The notes under the pieces were generated by a model. The model was not told the DNA's origin and searched no databases. It worked only from the letters and a program-made list of their open reading frames with translations. DNA of 64,000 bases from Candidatus Latescibacterota bacterium (lineage in GTDB: Bacteria; Latescibacterota; UBA2968; UBA8231). Shown in pieces: positions 27,440 to 36,541 of this stretch. Each line of letters begins with the position of its first letter. Position 1 is the stretch's first letter. The translations under genes and the position numbers were made by a program. Location of the stretch: NCBI GenBank assembly GCA_965248265.1, contig CBDFJF010000002.1, forward strand, positions 4,064,001 to 4,128,000. Reading direction: 5' to 3'.

Positions 27440-28507
27440 ATGCAGGAAACTGAACAACCACTCTTCCTTCTGCCCCACATCGCGCGCATGACGGGGTACG
27501 TTCCTGGTGAACAGCCAAAAGACCGAACCTTCGTCAAGCTCAATACGAACGAGAACCCGTACCCGCCTTCCGCGCTGGTACTGCAGCGGTTGAGAGAGGC
27601 CTGTGATGACAACTTGAGACGATACCCCGACGCCGATGCCTCTGATGTAACTCGAAGATTGGGTGAGTTGTTCTCCCTGCCGGTAGATCAGATTCTGATT
27701 GGCAACGGCTCGGACGAGCTGCTCAATACGGCGATGCGATGCTTCATCGGCCCCGGAGACACAGTCGTCTACCCGACGCCGACCTACCCGTACTACGCCA
27801 AACTCGTCGAACTCCAGAATGCGACGTCCGCCACCATCGACTTCGATGATTCGTTCGACCTTCCCGAAGGGCTGGCTGCCGCAGCCGGCAAGCTGACCCT
27901 GGTAGCCAACCCGAATTCACCCTCAGGAACCCTGGTCCCAACTGAAAAGTTGGCGGACCTGGCCGCGGCCGTTCAGGGTATGCTGCTGATCGACGAGGCC
28001 TACGTGGACTTCAGTGACGGAGGATGTCTCCAGCTGGTCGAACACTGCCCCAACGTCATCGTCGTGCGCACGATGTCCAAATCCTTCTCGCTCGCCGGAA
28101 TGCGCATCGGCTTTTGTTTCGCCTCACCTGAGGTAACCGCCGGAATGCGCAAAGTAAAGGAGCATTACAACGTCGGCTCCCTGGCCCAGGTAGCTGCCGC
28201 GGCGGCCCTGGACGACGTGCAGACGATGCATGCCAATGCCGATCGCATTCGCAGAACTCGGTCACGTCTGACTGAAGCGTTGGGCGAACTCGGCTTTCAC
28301 GTGTGGAGGTCTGCCGCGAATTTCGTCCTGGCCCGCTTGCCGGGTGCGGCAGCCGCTGAGCTGTACGCCCAATTGAGAGACCGAGGCGTGCTCGTGCGTT
28401 TCTTCGGGGAACCGAGGTTGCGAGACTGTCTGCGAATTTCGGTGGGCACGGACGAGGAGACGGACCTACTGCTTACTGAACTAAGCGATGCGTTGCGGAC
28501 CGACTGA
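27440..28507 (+). CDS. hisC: Histidinol-phosphate aminotransferase
   Basis: 'KLNTNENPYPP', 'GNGSDE', 'NPNSPSG', 'IDEAYVDF', 'RTMSKSFSLAGMRIG', 'LRISVG'. Confidence 0.95.
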   Translation: MQETEQPLFLLPHIARMTGYVPGEQPKDRTFVKLNTNENPYPPSALVLQRLREACDDNLRRYPDADASDVTRRLGELFSLPVDQILIGNGSDELLNTAMRCFIGPGDTVVYPTPTYPYYAKLVELQNATSATIDFDDSFDLPEGLAAAAGKLTLVANPNSPSGTLVPTEKLADLAAAVQGMLLIDEAYVDFSDGGCLQLVEHCPNVIVVRTMSKSFSLAGMRIGFCFASPEVTAGMRKVKEHYNVGSLAQVAAAAALDDVQTMHANADRIRRTRSRLTEALGELGFHVWRSAANFVLARLPGAAAAELYAQLRDRGVLVRFFGEPRLRDCLRISVGTDEETDLLLTELSDALRTD

Positions 28508-28511
28508 CGCC

Positions 28512-28540
28512 ATCGCTCGGTCGCTCGATCGCTCGATCGC
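28512..28540. repeat. 8-bp tandem repeat (A/G)TCGCTCG x3.6 between convergent genes
   Basis: ATCGCTCG GTCGCTCG ATCGCTCG ATCGC. Confidence 0.6.
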
Positions 28541-28548
28541 CCTTCACT

Positions 28549-29091
28549 TCAACGCGAGCTACTGCGAGTTAACTCCCCCATCCTCTTGAGCACCTCAACT
28601 TCGGCGACCCCAAGATCAACCATGCGGGCCACCTCATCCGTCGAAATCCCCTTGCTCAACAGCTGCCGCGCGTGCTCGTAGATCTCGTGCTGGCGAGCGC
28701 CGCTGGCTGGGTCCCTGCCGGGTTTGGCTGCAATCCCCCCACCCCCTCCGCGGGACGTGGCCGAACCGTCAGAGGTTCGAGAGCCTTCATCGGACATGGC
28801 ACTGCCCGTGATCCCGGATGAGGCCGCATCATCCATGAGCGGGGAGAGGAACGATCGCGACCCACGACTTCGCGGGTCTGCTGCGGTCAGGGTGCGGCAG
28901 GCTCCCTGTAAACGCTCCTGGATCTGTGTCAGCTGTTTCAGATTCGCGTCCAGCGTATCGAATCGGCGGTCCATTCTGTGAGTCTGGACCCGCAACCATG
29001 ACCGAAACCACATCAGGATGGCCAGGGCGACCGCCAGGAAAAGGATGTCGACGATGACGAGCTGTACGTGTTGTGATGATAGGTCAATCAT
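28549..29091 (-). CDS. Membrane-anchored protein with a C-terminal HTH-like DUF2802/DUF6115-type domain (flagellum-associated)
   Basis: N-terminal TM, coiled coil, linker, then 'YEHARQLLSKGISTDEVARMVDLGVAEVEVL'. Confidence 0.6.
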   Translation of the reverse strand: MIDLSSQHVQLVIVDILFLAVALAILMWFRSWLRVQTHRMDRRFDTLDANLKQLTQIQERLQGACRTLTAADPRSRGSRSFLSPLMDDAASSGITGSAMSDEGSRTSDGSATSRGGGGGIAAKPGRDPASGARQHEIYEHARQLLSKGISTDEVARMVDLGVAEVEVLKRMGELTRSSSR

Positions 29092-29129
29092 GAGAATAAG
29101 AGATGTGTCCTTGGAATGGTATGAGGTCT

Positions 29130-29293
29130 AGTGCCCTGTTACGGAAGTAGGCTTGTGAAATGAGGGCGCCGAGTCGCCCGGCCTGCAAGGCGCGCGAGTG
29201 AGGTATATCAGTGGGATATGCCGATTGAGCGAAACGCAGCAGGTCGGGATGAATCGGCGGTCGAATACAAGAGTACTTTCGTGACAGGGCACT
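29130..29293. mobile_element. MITE-like non-autonomous element, 164 bp
   Basis: AGTGCCCTGTTACGGAAGTA (29130-29149) and TACTTTCGTGACAGGGCACT (29274-29293) form a 20-bp inverted repeat with 2 mismatches; TA/YTAG-like flanks; 4 nt after the kinase stop codon; core homologous to the 1769-1928 element. Confidence 0.78.
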
Positions 29294-29297
29294 TAGG

Positions 29298-30875
29298 TTA
29301 ACCATCGACATGCAGGGGCTCATCGCGGTTGCTCTCTTGTTCGACATCGATTAGGTCGCCTTCCGAGGCGGACACGTTTGCTGACTCGGGTGCACTCTCG
29401 GACGTGGGCGGAGGAACAGGTAGACGAATGACAAACGTAGCCCCCTGTTCAGACTCGCTACTGACACTCAAGCTCCCCTTGTGCATCTCCACTATACTGT
29501 AGCTGACCGCCAGTCCGAGTCCTGTGCCTCCTTGATCAGCCCGGGTCGTAAAAAAGGGTTCGAAGAGCCGGTCCTCGTGTTCGGGCGGAATGCCTTGCCC
29601 CGAATCGGCGAAACGCAATTCGACCTGCTCACCGTCCACCCGTGCCGTGATCGTCAGATTTCCACCTTTGGGCATCGCGTTTTGGGCGTTGAGCATCAGA
29701 TTGATGAATACCTGCTCCAGCTCACCGACGTTACCCAGCAGCGCCGGCATATCTTCTGGAATCTGAATTTCGACCTCGATGGACTGGGCGTCGAGCTGGT
29801 GCTTGACGAGAGCAATGGCCTGTTGAATGGCTTGGTTCAGATCGAATCGGGACCACTCGGCGTCGGCCTTGTTGTGGCCCGCGAATCCGAGCAACGCCCG
29901 GATGATCTTGGAAATCCGTCGCACGTTGCTCTCGATCAATCTCAACCCCTTGATGACCGGTTCGGCGTCCGCGTTTTGGGCGATCATCAGTTGTACCCGG
30001 CTGAGAATGATCTGCAGCGGATTGTTGACTTCGTGCGCAACTCCACCTGCCAACTCACCGATCGCCGCCTGTTTGGCAGAAATCAGCACTTGCTGCTGAG
30101 ATTCGACGAGTTGGTCGTGCGTTGATTCAAGATCGGAGTAGTGGCGCGAGTTGGATACGGCGGCGGCTGTCTGGTTGGCCAAAACATCGAGCAGTTGCAC
30201 CTGGCCCAGCGTGAAATCGTCCTTTTCACGAGCACAGTGCAAAATGAAGATTCCGACCTCCTTGCCACCGACGATGAGCGGGATCATGACGAAACAATGG
30301 GGATCTGACGATTCTCGTGAGAGCGCATCGATGTCATCGATAACCACCGGCCGGCGCTCCCGCATCACCCAATCGATGATGCCGTCTTCCCAATGGGACT
30401 GTACGCGCGCCTGTAGCGCGGGAACATCCATGCCACGGCTTGCCACGACCTCGAGTTTATTGCCCTCCTCCTCCAGAACGAAGACTCCGCAGGTCTCGTA
30501 TGGCACGAAACGATTGGAGAGGTCCATCAGGGCGTCGAGTATATCCTCGATCCTGAAACTCGTGCTGATGGTCTCCGACAACTGGTGCAAATTGAGCAAC
30601 TCGTTCATCGACTCACGCAGCTGCTCGTACTGCTCGTGCCCCCGAGTCAGGCGGTCCTGAAGTTGACGATTCTCCTGCTCCAGGGCCTTCACGCGGATGG
30701 AATGCTCTTTCGCCGCTTCTTCCACCCCTTCGAGATGAACGCCCAGCTCCCAACCCACATCCTCGGGGCCGCTTTCTTTGACCAGGTCTGCGAGCTCACG
30801 CAGCCGGTCCAGGGACAGCGATCCTGCATCTTGAGGCTCTGGTGACGTGCCTTGATCGCCAGCCTCTTTCGTCAC
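29298..30875 (-). CDS. Cytoplasmic GAF-domain sensor histidine kinase
   Basis: Coiled coil + GAF ('MIPLIVGGKEVG'), H-box 'AHEVNNPL', N-box 'QVFINLMLNA', 'DSGQGI', 'FEPFFTT', 'GTGLGL'; no TM segment. Confidence 0.92.
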   Translation of the reverse strand: MTKEAGDQGTSPEPQDAGSLSLDRLRELADLVKESGPEDVGWELGVHLEGVEEAAKEHSIRVKALEQENRQLQDRLTRGHEQYEQLRESMNELLNLHQLSETISTSFRIEDILDALMDLSNRFVPYETCGVFVLEEEGNKLEVVASRGMDVPALQARVQSHWEDGIIDWVMRERRPVVIDDIDALSRESSDPHCFVMIPLIVGGKEVGIFILHCAREKDDFTLGQVQLLDVLANQTAAAVSNSRHYSDLESTHDQLVESQQQVLISAKQAAIGELAGGVAHEVNNPLQIILSRVQLMIAQNADAEPVIKGLRLIESNVRRISKIIRALLGFAGHNKADAEWSRFDLNQAIQQAIALVKHQLDAQSIEVEIQIPEDMPALLGNVGELEQVFINLMLNAQNAMPKGGNLTITARVDGEQVELRFADSGQGIPPEHEDRLFEPFFTTRADQGGTGLGLAVSYSIVEMHKGSLSVSSESEQGATFVIRLPVPPPTSESAPESANVSASEGDLIDVEQESNRDEPLHVDG

Positions 30876-30894
30876 TCTGCCTTCCCTTCCCCTG

Positions 30895-31959
30895 TCACGG
30901 ATGGGGCTCCGCGGGTGCCGTTAATTCGCCGTCGCTATCCGTCGCTTCGATCTCCACTTCGTCGACGCGATCAGGACCATCGGCTGAAAGCGCCTCCAGT
31001 GGCTGACCCGCCGGTGTCTGAGAGTCGGTCTTCCCGTCGGCATCGGCCTCCGTTTCTTCCTCACCGCCTCGAGCGATAGAAGAGAAGGCCTCAGCACTTT
31101 CCATGGCCGCACGCAACTCGTCTCCGTACCCGAATATTCGCTTGATCGCTATTTTCGGATCCTCGTGAATACCGAAGGTGCGCAGAGCAGCCGGATCCAG
31201 ACTCGGAAAGCGCTCACCCCCGGCGTCGCCGATCCGCTCTCTGCGACACAGAAAATCAGCGAGGTGAATCAGTGACGGCAGCTCGTTGCGCCCCGGAGCC
31301 GCGCGACCAGGGGCGTGGTGAAATTTGATGGCATCTTCAAGCTGGTCGGGTAGATTCCAGCGCTGGGCCAACCACCCCCCGACGTCGGCGTGAGTGACTC
31401 CGAGGACTTCCTCTTCCGCCTTGCCAATGTAGAGATCCTTTTCTTCGACCAGTTCGATGATTTGCTTGAAATCGACCGGGAAATACTGGCTCAAGATCAA
31501 CTTGCCGATGTCGTGCAGTATTCCCGCCGCGAAGGCCTCGCCTCGCCCGGAAACGCGGTACCGCAGTTTTTCGGCGAGCAGTTTGGCGGCCACACCGCAG
31601 GCGATGGAGTGCTCCCAGAACTTCTGTCGATCGAAGTGACTGCTGTCTCCGCCGCTTGAAAAACGCTCGAGCACGGATACGCTGAGCCCGAGATTCTTGA
31701 CTGTTTCGAAGCCGAGAACGACGACGGCGAGGTCGACGGTGGCGATCTCGCGCGGAAAACCGTAGAAGGCGGAGTTCGCCAGCTTGAGGATCTTGGCGGT
31801 GAGTGCCTGATCGGCGGAGATCAGCTGGGCGACATTGCGAGCGGAGGTTTTCGGGTTGTCAATCAGGCCGATCAACTGGGTGACGACGGCAGGCAGCGTC
31901 GGCAGTCCGATGATACTCTGAGTGACCTTCTTGAGGCGTTGTTGCTTGTCCTCATCCAC
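30895..31959 (-). CDS. HDOD domain protein
   Basis: 'LPTLP', 'DQALTAKILKLANSAFYG', 'FWEHSIACG', 'GILHDIGK', 'HADVGGWLAQRWNLP'. Confidence 0.92.
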   Translation of the reverse strand: MDEDKQQRLKKVTQSIIGLPTLPAVVTQLIGLIDNPKTSARNVAQLISADQALTAKILKLANSAFYGFPREIATVDLAVVVLGFETVKNLGLSVSVLERFSSGGDSSHFDRQKFWEHSIACGVAAKLLAEKLRYRVSGRGEAFAAGILHDIGKLILSQYFPVDFKQIIELVEEKDLYIGKAEEEVLGVTHADVGGWLAQRWNLPDQLEDAIKFHHAPGRAAPGRNELPSLIHLADFLCRRERIGDAGGERFPSLDPAALRTFGIHEDPKIAIKRIFGYGDELRAAMESAEAFSSIARGGEEETEADADGKTDSQTPAGQPLEALSADGPDRVDEVEIEATDSDGELTAPAEPHP

Positions 31960-32046
31960 GTCGATGGCGACTCCCGCGTACTGGCGGCAGATAGATGGAG
32001 GCTTGCCCTGAATCTGTGTAGACGGCGGGAGGAGCGGGACCCAGCC

Positions 32047-32823
32047 TCAAGCCATGAAGCGCTTCCTCAACTTCACTCGCAGGCTCAATACCGCCTTGGT
32101 GTGAAGTTGGGAAACTCTGGATTCGGAAAGCTCGAGGACCTGGCCGATCTCTTTCAGGGTCAGCTCTTCGTAGTAGTAGAGCGCCACCACGAGGCGTTCC
32201 TGTTCGGTCAACTCACCCAGGGAATCGGCGAGAAGATTGCGCAGTTCCTCACCCTCCAGCTTGCTCAGGGCCGTCGACGGATCAGGAGACCGCAGGGTAT
32301 CGACTAAGGGAACGGGTTTGTCGTCGTCATCACCGTGAGTGATCTCGTCGAGCGAAAGCAGCGAAGTTGAACGGACGTCTTCGATCATCGTGTAATAGTC
32401 ATCCATGCCCACACCCAACCCCTCTGCCAACTCGACTTCGGTCGGACTCCGGCCCAAAGCGTTTTCCAGGCGTGAAATCACCCTCTCGATCTCACGTGAG
32501 CGAGCACGCGTGGAACGCGGTACCCAATCCATGCCGCGCAACTCATCGAGGATGGAACCACGAACGCGCAGGGAGGCATAGGTCTCGAACTTCACCCCTT
32601 TGCCTGTATCAAAGTTGTGATAGGCCTCGATAAGTCCGACCACGCCCGCGTTGATGAGATCATCCATCTCGACTGAACGAGGAAGCCCGATGGCCAGCCG
32701 CCCAGCAATGTACTTGACCAGCGGCAGGTAATCCTCGAGAGGGCCTCGCTCATTCTTGGCTGACCCCAGCTCCTGTTTGCCGTACTCGCGGCTCGCTTTT
32801 TGTGGTGTGCTCTTGGCGCTCAC
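32047..32823 (-). CDS. fliA: RNA polymerase sigma-28 factor FliA/WhiG
   Basis: 'YLPLVKYIA', 'DLINAGVVGL', 'FETYASLRVRGSILDELR..DWVPRS', 'LYYYEELTLKEIG..L.LSESRVSQLH'. Confidence 0.95.
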   Translation of the reverse strand: MSAKSTPQKASREYGKQELGSAKNERGPLEDYLPLVKYIAGRLAIGLPRSVEMDDLINAGVVGLIEAYHNFDTGKGVKFETYASLRVRGSILDELRGMDWVPRSTRARSREIERVISRLENALGRSPTEVELAEGLGVGMDDYYTMIEDVRSTSLLSLDEITHGDDDDKPVPLVDTLRSPDPSTALSKLEGEELRNLLADSLGELTEQERLVVALYYYEELTLKEIGQVLELSESRVSQLHTKAVLSLRVKLRKRFMA

Positions 32824-32967
32824 GTGTGTGGGACCTGAATTTTGGGTTACGCAGACGAATGCTGGGACGGGTAATACCGCCCGAGATTACCACTGACGGC
32901 AGGGATATCCGAATATAACTCACATCGCTGTTTTTCGCTCTGAAACTCGCCAGCTCCTCCGGTCACG

Positions 32968-34488
32968 CTAAGCTCCCTTTTTTTTATCTGGGGTTTGGAT
33001 GGTAACTCCCAGAAGCTCACGCACAAGCCGTGAGAGGTTGCCGGGTCTCAAATCACCGGGAAAGGCCGGGCCGACGGAGAAATACGAGGTCGGGATTCCG
33101 CTGTGGGCGGCCGCGCTCACAGCGGCACCGCGACGCACCGCCTCGTCCATTTTCGTGAACAGCAGTCGGCGTGGCGTCGAAAAGACACTCGTCGATTGGA
33201 TCACATCGAGCATATGCTCATAGGCGGTCAGTCCATCGATGACCACCTGGATCTCGTCGGCTTGGGCAGCTTCCAACAGGCACCGTTGGGATTCACGCTC
33301 CTCCTGTTCGTTAGGTCCACATCCAGCCGTATCGATGAGAACCAGTCGGGCTGAGATATGGCGCTTCAGTGCGGCACGCATCTCCTCCTCCGTGAGGGCG
33401 ACTTCGTGCGATATGCCGGTGATCTGCGCCAAGCTGCGCATCTGATCCACTGCGCCCAGTCTGCGCTTGTCCGTCGTGACCATGAGTATGCGACGGGGAT
33501 CATCGCCGATTGCCCTGGTTTTTCGGGTCGCGAAACCGGCGGCGATCTTGGCAGCCGCCGTGGTCTTTCCGGACCCCGACAGACCTACGAAGCCGATGAC
33601 ATTACGGCGCTTCGAAGCCACTCGAATATCGCAGCGCTCAGGAAGGAGCTCACCCATTTTCTGAGCCGCCAGGGAGTGCACCTTGTCGCGGTCGTCCAGT
33701 GCGGCGCCTTCCAGCTCGGAATAGACCATGTGGATGCACTGACATACCAGGGTCTCGCTCACTCCCCCGGCGCGCAGTCGATCCGCCATGTGGCTGACTT
33801 CACCTGGCAATACGAATTGTGCCGGGGCCTGACGTTCGATTTTGGAGATCGTCTCCTGCAGTTTTTGCAGCTGGTGTGCGACCGAACCGCTGGCCTGGCG
33901 CAACTCCAAACCCGCCAGATCGGCGGTGGCATTCGCTGTCGATGCCTCAATGTTCTGGATGGAAACCTCGAGGTCCGATGCGGTATCGGTGGTGGCCTCC
34001 GCAACATCAAGGTGTACACGCGACTCTTGGGGTGCCCCGCTTTCTGGTTCCAGCTCTGGCGCGAACTCACGGGCAACCCTTCTGGCGCTCTCCAATGCCG
34101 ACTCCAGGGGGTTGCCTGATGATGCTGGAACATTACCCGCAATCACCGGCGAAGGTGCCAGGCTGGACAATCCCCCTCCTCCTCCCGCGAACAGGGCAGG
34201 CGTGTGAATACTCCCCCTAACCCCGGGAGTCTCCGTACGCTGATCTCGGACTGAGCGCCGAGCCGGTGCTGACGCGGACCGCACGACTGGTGACGTCAAA
34301 ACACCGGGCACTGCGCCCTGCTCCAGGCCGGCGGTAACTTCAACGTTGGCGGGTGTGCGGGCGTGACCGCGATCACCTCTGCCGCCGATCTTTCTCGAAT
34401 CGAGTATTACCGCTTCGGGCCCCAGGTCTTCACGCACCTGCTGCAGGGCTTGCGGCATGCTCCTCGCTGTGTATTTCTTGATTCTCAT
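32968..34488 (-). CDS. flhF: Flagellar SRP-family GTPase FlhF
   Basis: N-terminal 'MRIKKYTARSMPQALQQVREDLGPEAVIL', G-motifs 'GLSGSGKTT', 'IDTAG', 'TKMDE'. Confidence 0.9.
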   Translation of the reverse strand: MRIKKYTARSMPQALQQVREDLGPEAVILDSRKIGGRGDRGHARTPANVEVTAGLEQGAVPGVLTSPVVRSASAPARRSVRDQRTETPGVRGSIHTPALFAGGGGGLSSLAPSPVIAGNVPASSGNPLESALESARRVAREFAPELEPESGAPQESRVHLDVAEATTDTASDLEVSIQNIEASTANATADLAGLELRQASGSVAHQLQKLQETISKIERQAPAQFVLPGEVSHMADRLRAGGVSETLVCQCIHMVYSELEGAALDDRDKVHSLAAQKMGELLPERCDIRVASKRRNVIGFVGLSGSGKTTAAAKIAAGFATRKTRAIGDDPRRILMVTTDKRRLGAVDQMRSLAQITGISHEVALTEEEMRAALKRHISARLVLIDTAGCGPNEQEERESQRCLLEAAQADEIQVVIDGLTAYEHMLDVIQSTSVFSTPRRLLFTKMDEAVRRGAAVSAAAHSGIPTSYFSVGPAFPGDLRPGNLSRLVRELLGVTIQTPDKKKGA

Positions 34489-36541
34489 CGTCGAATCGAA
34501 TTACCCCGACGGCCGAGACTTCCACCTCTGGCGCAATCTCGTTGTACGAGAGCACGTACAGACTCGGAAAACTCGACGCCGTTAGTTTGCGGAAGGCCAG
34601 CCTCACGTGTGGCGCCGCGAGCACCACCGGTTGCTGACCGTTGGCTATCATCTGATCTATCAGGCTGTTCATCTGCTGGTAAATCAGGCCTGCCGCTTCT
34701 GGCGGCAGGGCCACCGTCACGCCAATGGGCGTGGAGTGGATGGATTCCTTGATCATCTCCTCAACCGCGTTGGAAACGGTCAGCACGTGAATGACCTCCT
34801 CAGGGGACTCCTTCAACAGCAGGTTACAGATGGATCTCCTGAGAGCCGTGCGCACATATTCCGTTAACACCTCTACGTCTTTGACTTCAGCATAGTCACC
34901 CAGCGTCTCGAGCACGGAGCGCAGATCCCTTACCGGTACGCGCTCAGTCAACAGGTTCTGCAGGACCCGCTGGAGTGACCCCAGCGTCACTGTCTGACTG
35001 TCAATCAGCTCTTCGACGATGGCGGGATAGCTATTCTTGAACTCCTCGATCAAATGCTGCGTCTCCTGACGCCCCATCAGTTCGCCGGCGTTGCTGGCGA
35101 TGACCTCGGTCAAATGAGTGGCGAGCACGGCGCCGGGTTCGACGACGTTGTAGCCGAGCAACTCGGCGCGCTCGCGCAGATTCGGCGCGATCCAGATCGC
35201 CGGCAATCCAAAGGCAGGGTCCGTCGTCTTCGTGCCTTCGATCGGTCCCTCAGCCACACCCGGATCGATGGCCAACAGATTCTTGGCATGCAACTCACCC
35301 TTGGCGACTGGATCACCCTTGATCTTGATCAGGTACTCACTTGGTTGCAGCTGGATGTTATCCCGTACCCGGACCGGCGGTACGATGAAGCCCATCTCCA
35401 TGGCCGCGACCTTGCGGATCTGAACGATGCGCTCTATCAAGTCACCACCCTGCTTGACGTCGACGAGTGGGACCAGCTGGTAGCCGATTTCCGCCTCCAG
35501 CAGATCGACCTTTAGATAGTCTTCCGGACGCTCCTCCGGACGGGACTCCTCGTGTTGCAGCTGCAGTTCCTCGGCCTTGCGACGCTGAGCGAACACGCGC
35601 ACGAGGAAGGCGATCCCGGCCAGAACCGTGCCGATGACCAGGAAGGGCCACGTCGGCAACCCGGGAATGAGCCCGAGAGCGATCAGCATCGGCCCGGCAA
35701 TCAACCCGGCCTGCGGCCGGCGTGTCAGCTGCTCGTTGATATCACGCCCGAAATTCTCATCGGATGCCTGACGCGTGATGATGATGCCGGCGGCCGTGGA
35801 GGTGATCAGGGCTGGAATCTGAGTCACCAGCCCATCACCGACCGTCAGCAGTGTGTAGGTTTGGGCCGCTTCAGCAAGGGTCAACGAATGCTGCATTACG
35901 CCGATGGCGAAACCGCCAATGATGTTTATCAGCGTTATCAGAATTCCGGCGACGGCGTCGCCACGGACGAACTTGCTGGCACCGTCCATGGCCCCATAGA
36001 AGTCCGCTTCTTTGGCAATTTCCTCACGGCGCTTGCGAGCCTGATCTTCGTCGACCAGACCGGCGTTCAGATCGGCGTCGATGGCCATCTGCTTGCCGGG
36101 CATGGCATCAAGGGTGAATCGCGCCGCCACCTCTGCGATACGGCCGGCGCCCTTCGTGATCACGACAAACTGGATGATGATAACGATGACGAAGATGATG
36201 AAACCGATGATGTAATTGCCCTGAACGACGACGTCGCCGAAAGCGGCGATCAGGTCACCGGCATTCGCCTGGCTGAGAATCAGACGCGTGGACGCCACAT
36301 TCAACGACAAGCGAAACAGGGTCAGCACGAGCAGCAACCCTGGGAACACGGACAGTTCGAGCGGTGCCGTCACATAGATCGTCAACATCAGCACCAAGAG
36401 GGCGAGACTGATATTCAGCGTCAGCAGGAAGTCCATTATGTAGGTCGGCAACGGTACGATCATCACCCCGAGGATGACGACGACACCGACCGCCAGCAGA
36501 GCATCCGACTGCTTGGCTAACTTTCTCAGGAAAGCGCCCAT
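34430..36541 (-). CDS. flhA: Flagellar export protein FlhA
   Basis: 'FRLSLNVASTRLIL', 'RIAEVAARFTLDAMPGKQMAIDADL', 'FYGAMDGASKFVRGDAVAG'. Confidence 0.97.
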   Translation of the reverse strand: MGAFLRKLAKQSDALLAVGVVVILGVMIVPLPTYIMDFLLTLNISLALLVLMLTIYVTAPLELSVFPGLLLVLTLFRLSLNVASTRLILSQANAGDLIAAFGDVVVQGNYIIGFIIFVIVIIIQFVVITKGAGRIAEVAARFTLDAMPGKQMAIDADLNAGLVDEDQARKRREEIAKEADFYGAMDGASKFVRGDAVAGILITLINIIGGFAIGVMQHSLTLAEAAQTYTLLTVGDGLVTQIPALITSTAAGIIITRQASDENFGRDINEQLTRRPQAGLIAGPMLIALGLIPGLPTWPFLVIGTVLAGIAFLVRVFAQRRKAEELQLQHEESRPEERPEDYLKVDLLEAEIGYQLVPLVDVKQGGDLIERIVQIRKVAAMEMGFIVPPVRVRDNIQLQPSEYLIKIKGDPVAKGELHAKNLLAIDPGVAEGPIEGTKTTDPAFGLPAIWIAPNLRERAELLGYNVVEPGAVLATHLTEVIASNAGELMGRQETQHLIEEFKNSYPAIVEELIDSQTVTLGSLQRVLQNLLTERVPVRDLRSVLETLGDYAEVKDVEVLTEYVRTALRRSICNLLLKESPEEVIHVLTVSNAVEEMIKESIHSTPIGVTVALPPEAAGLIYQQMNSLIDQMIANGQQPVVLAAPHVRLAFRKLTASSFPSLYVLSYNEIAPEVEVSAVGVIRFDDENQEIHSEEHAASPAAGA

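Noticed and set aside
34430-34488. 59-bp flhA/flhF overlap as a programmed frameshift or fusion
   Set aside because: No slippery site seen; most simply a short C-terminal run-on of flhA past the flhF start
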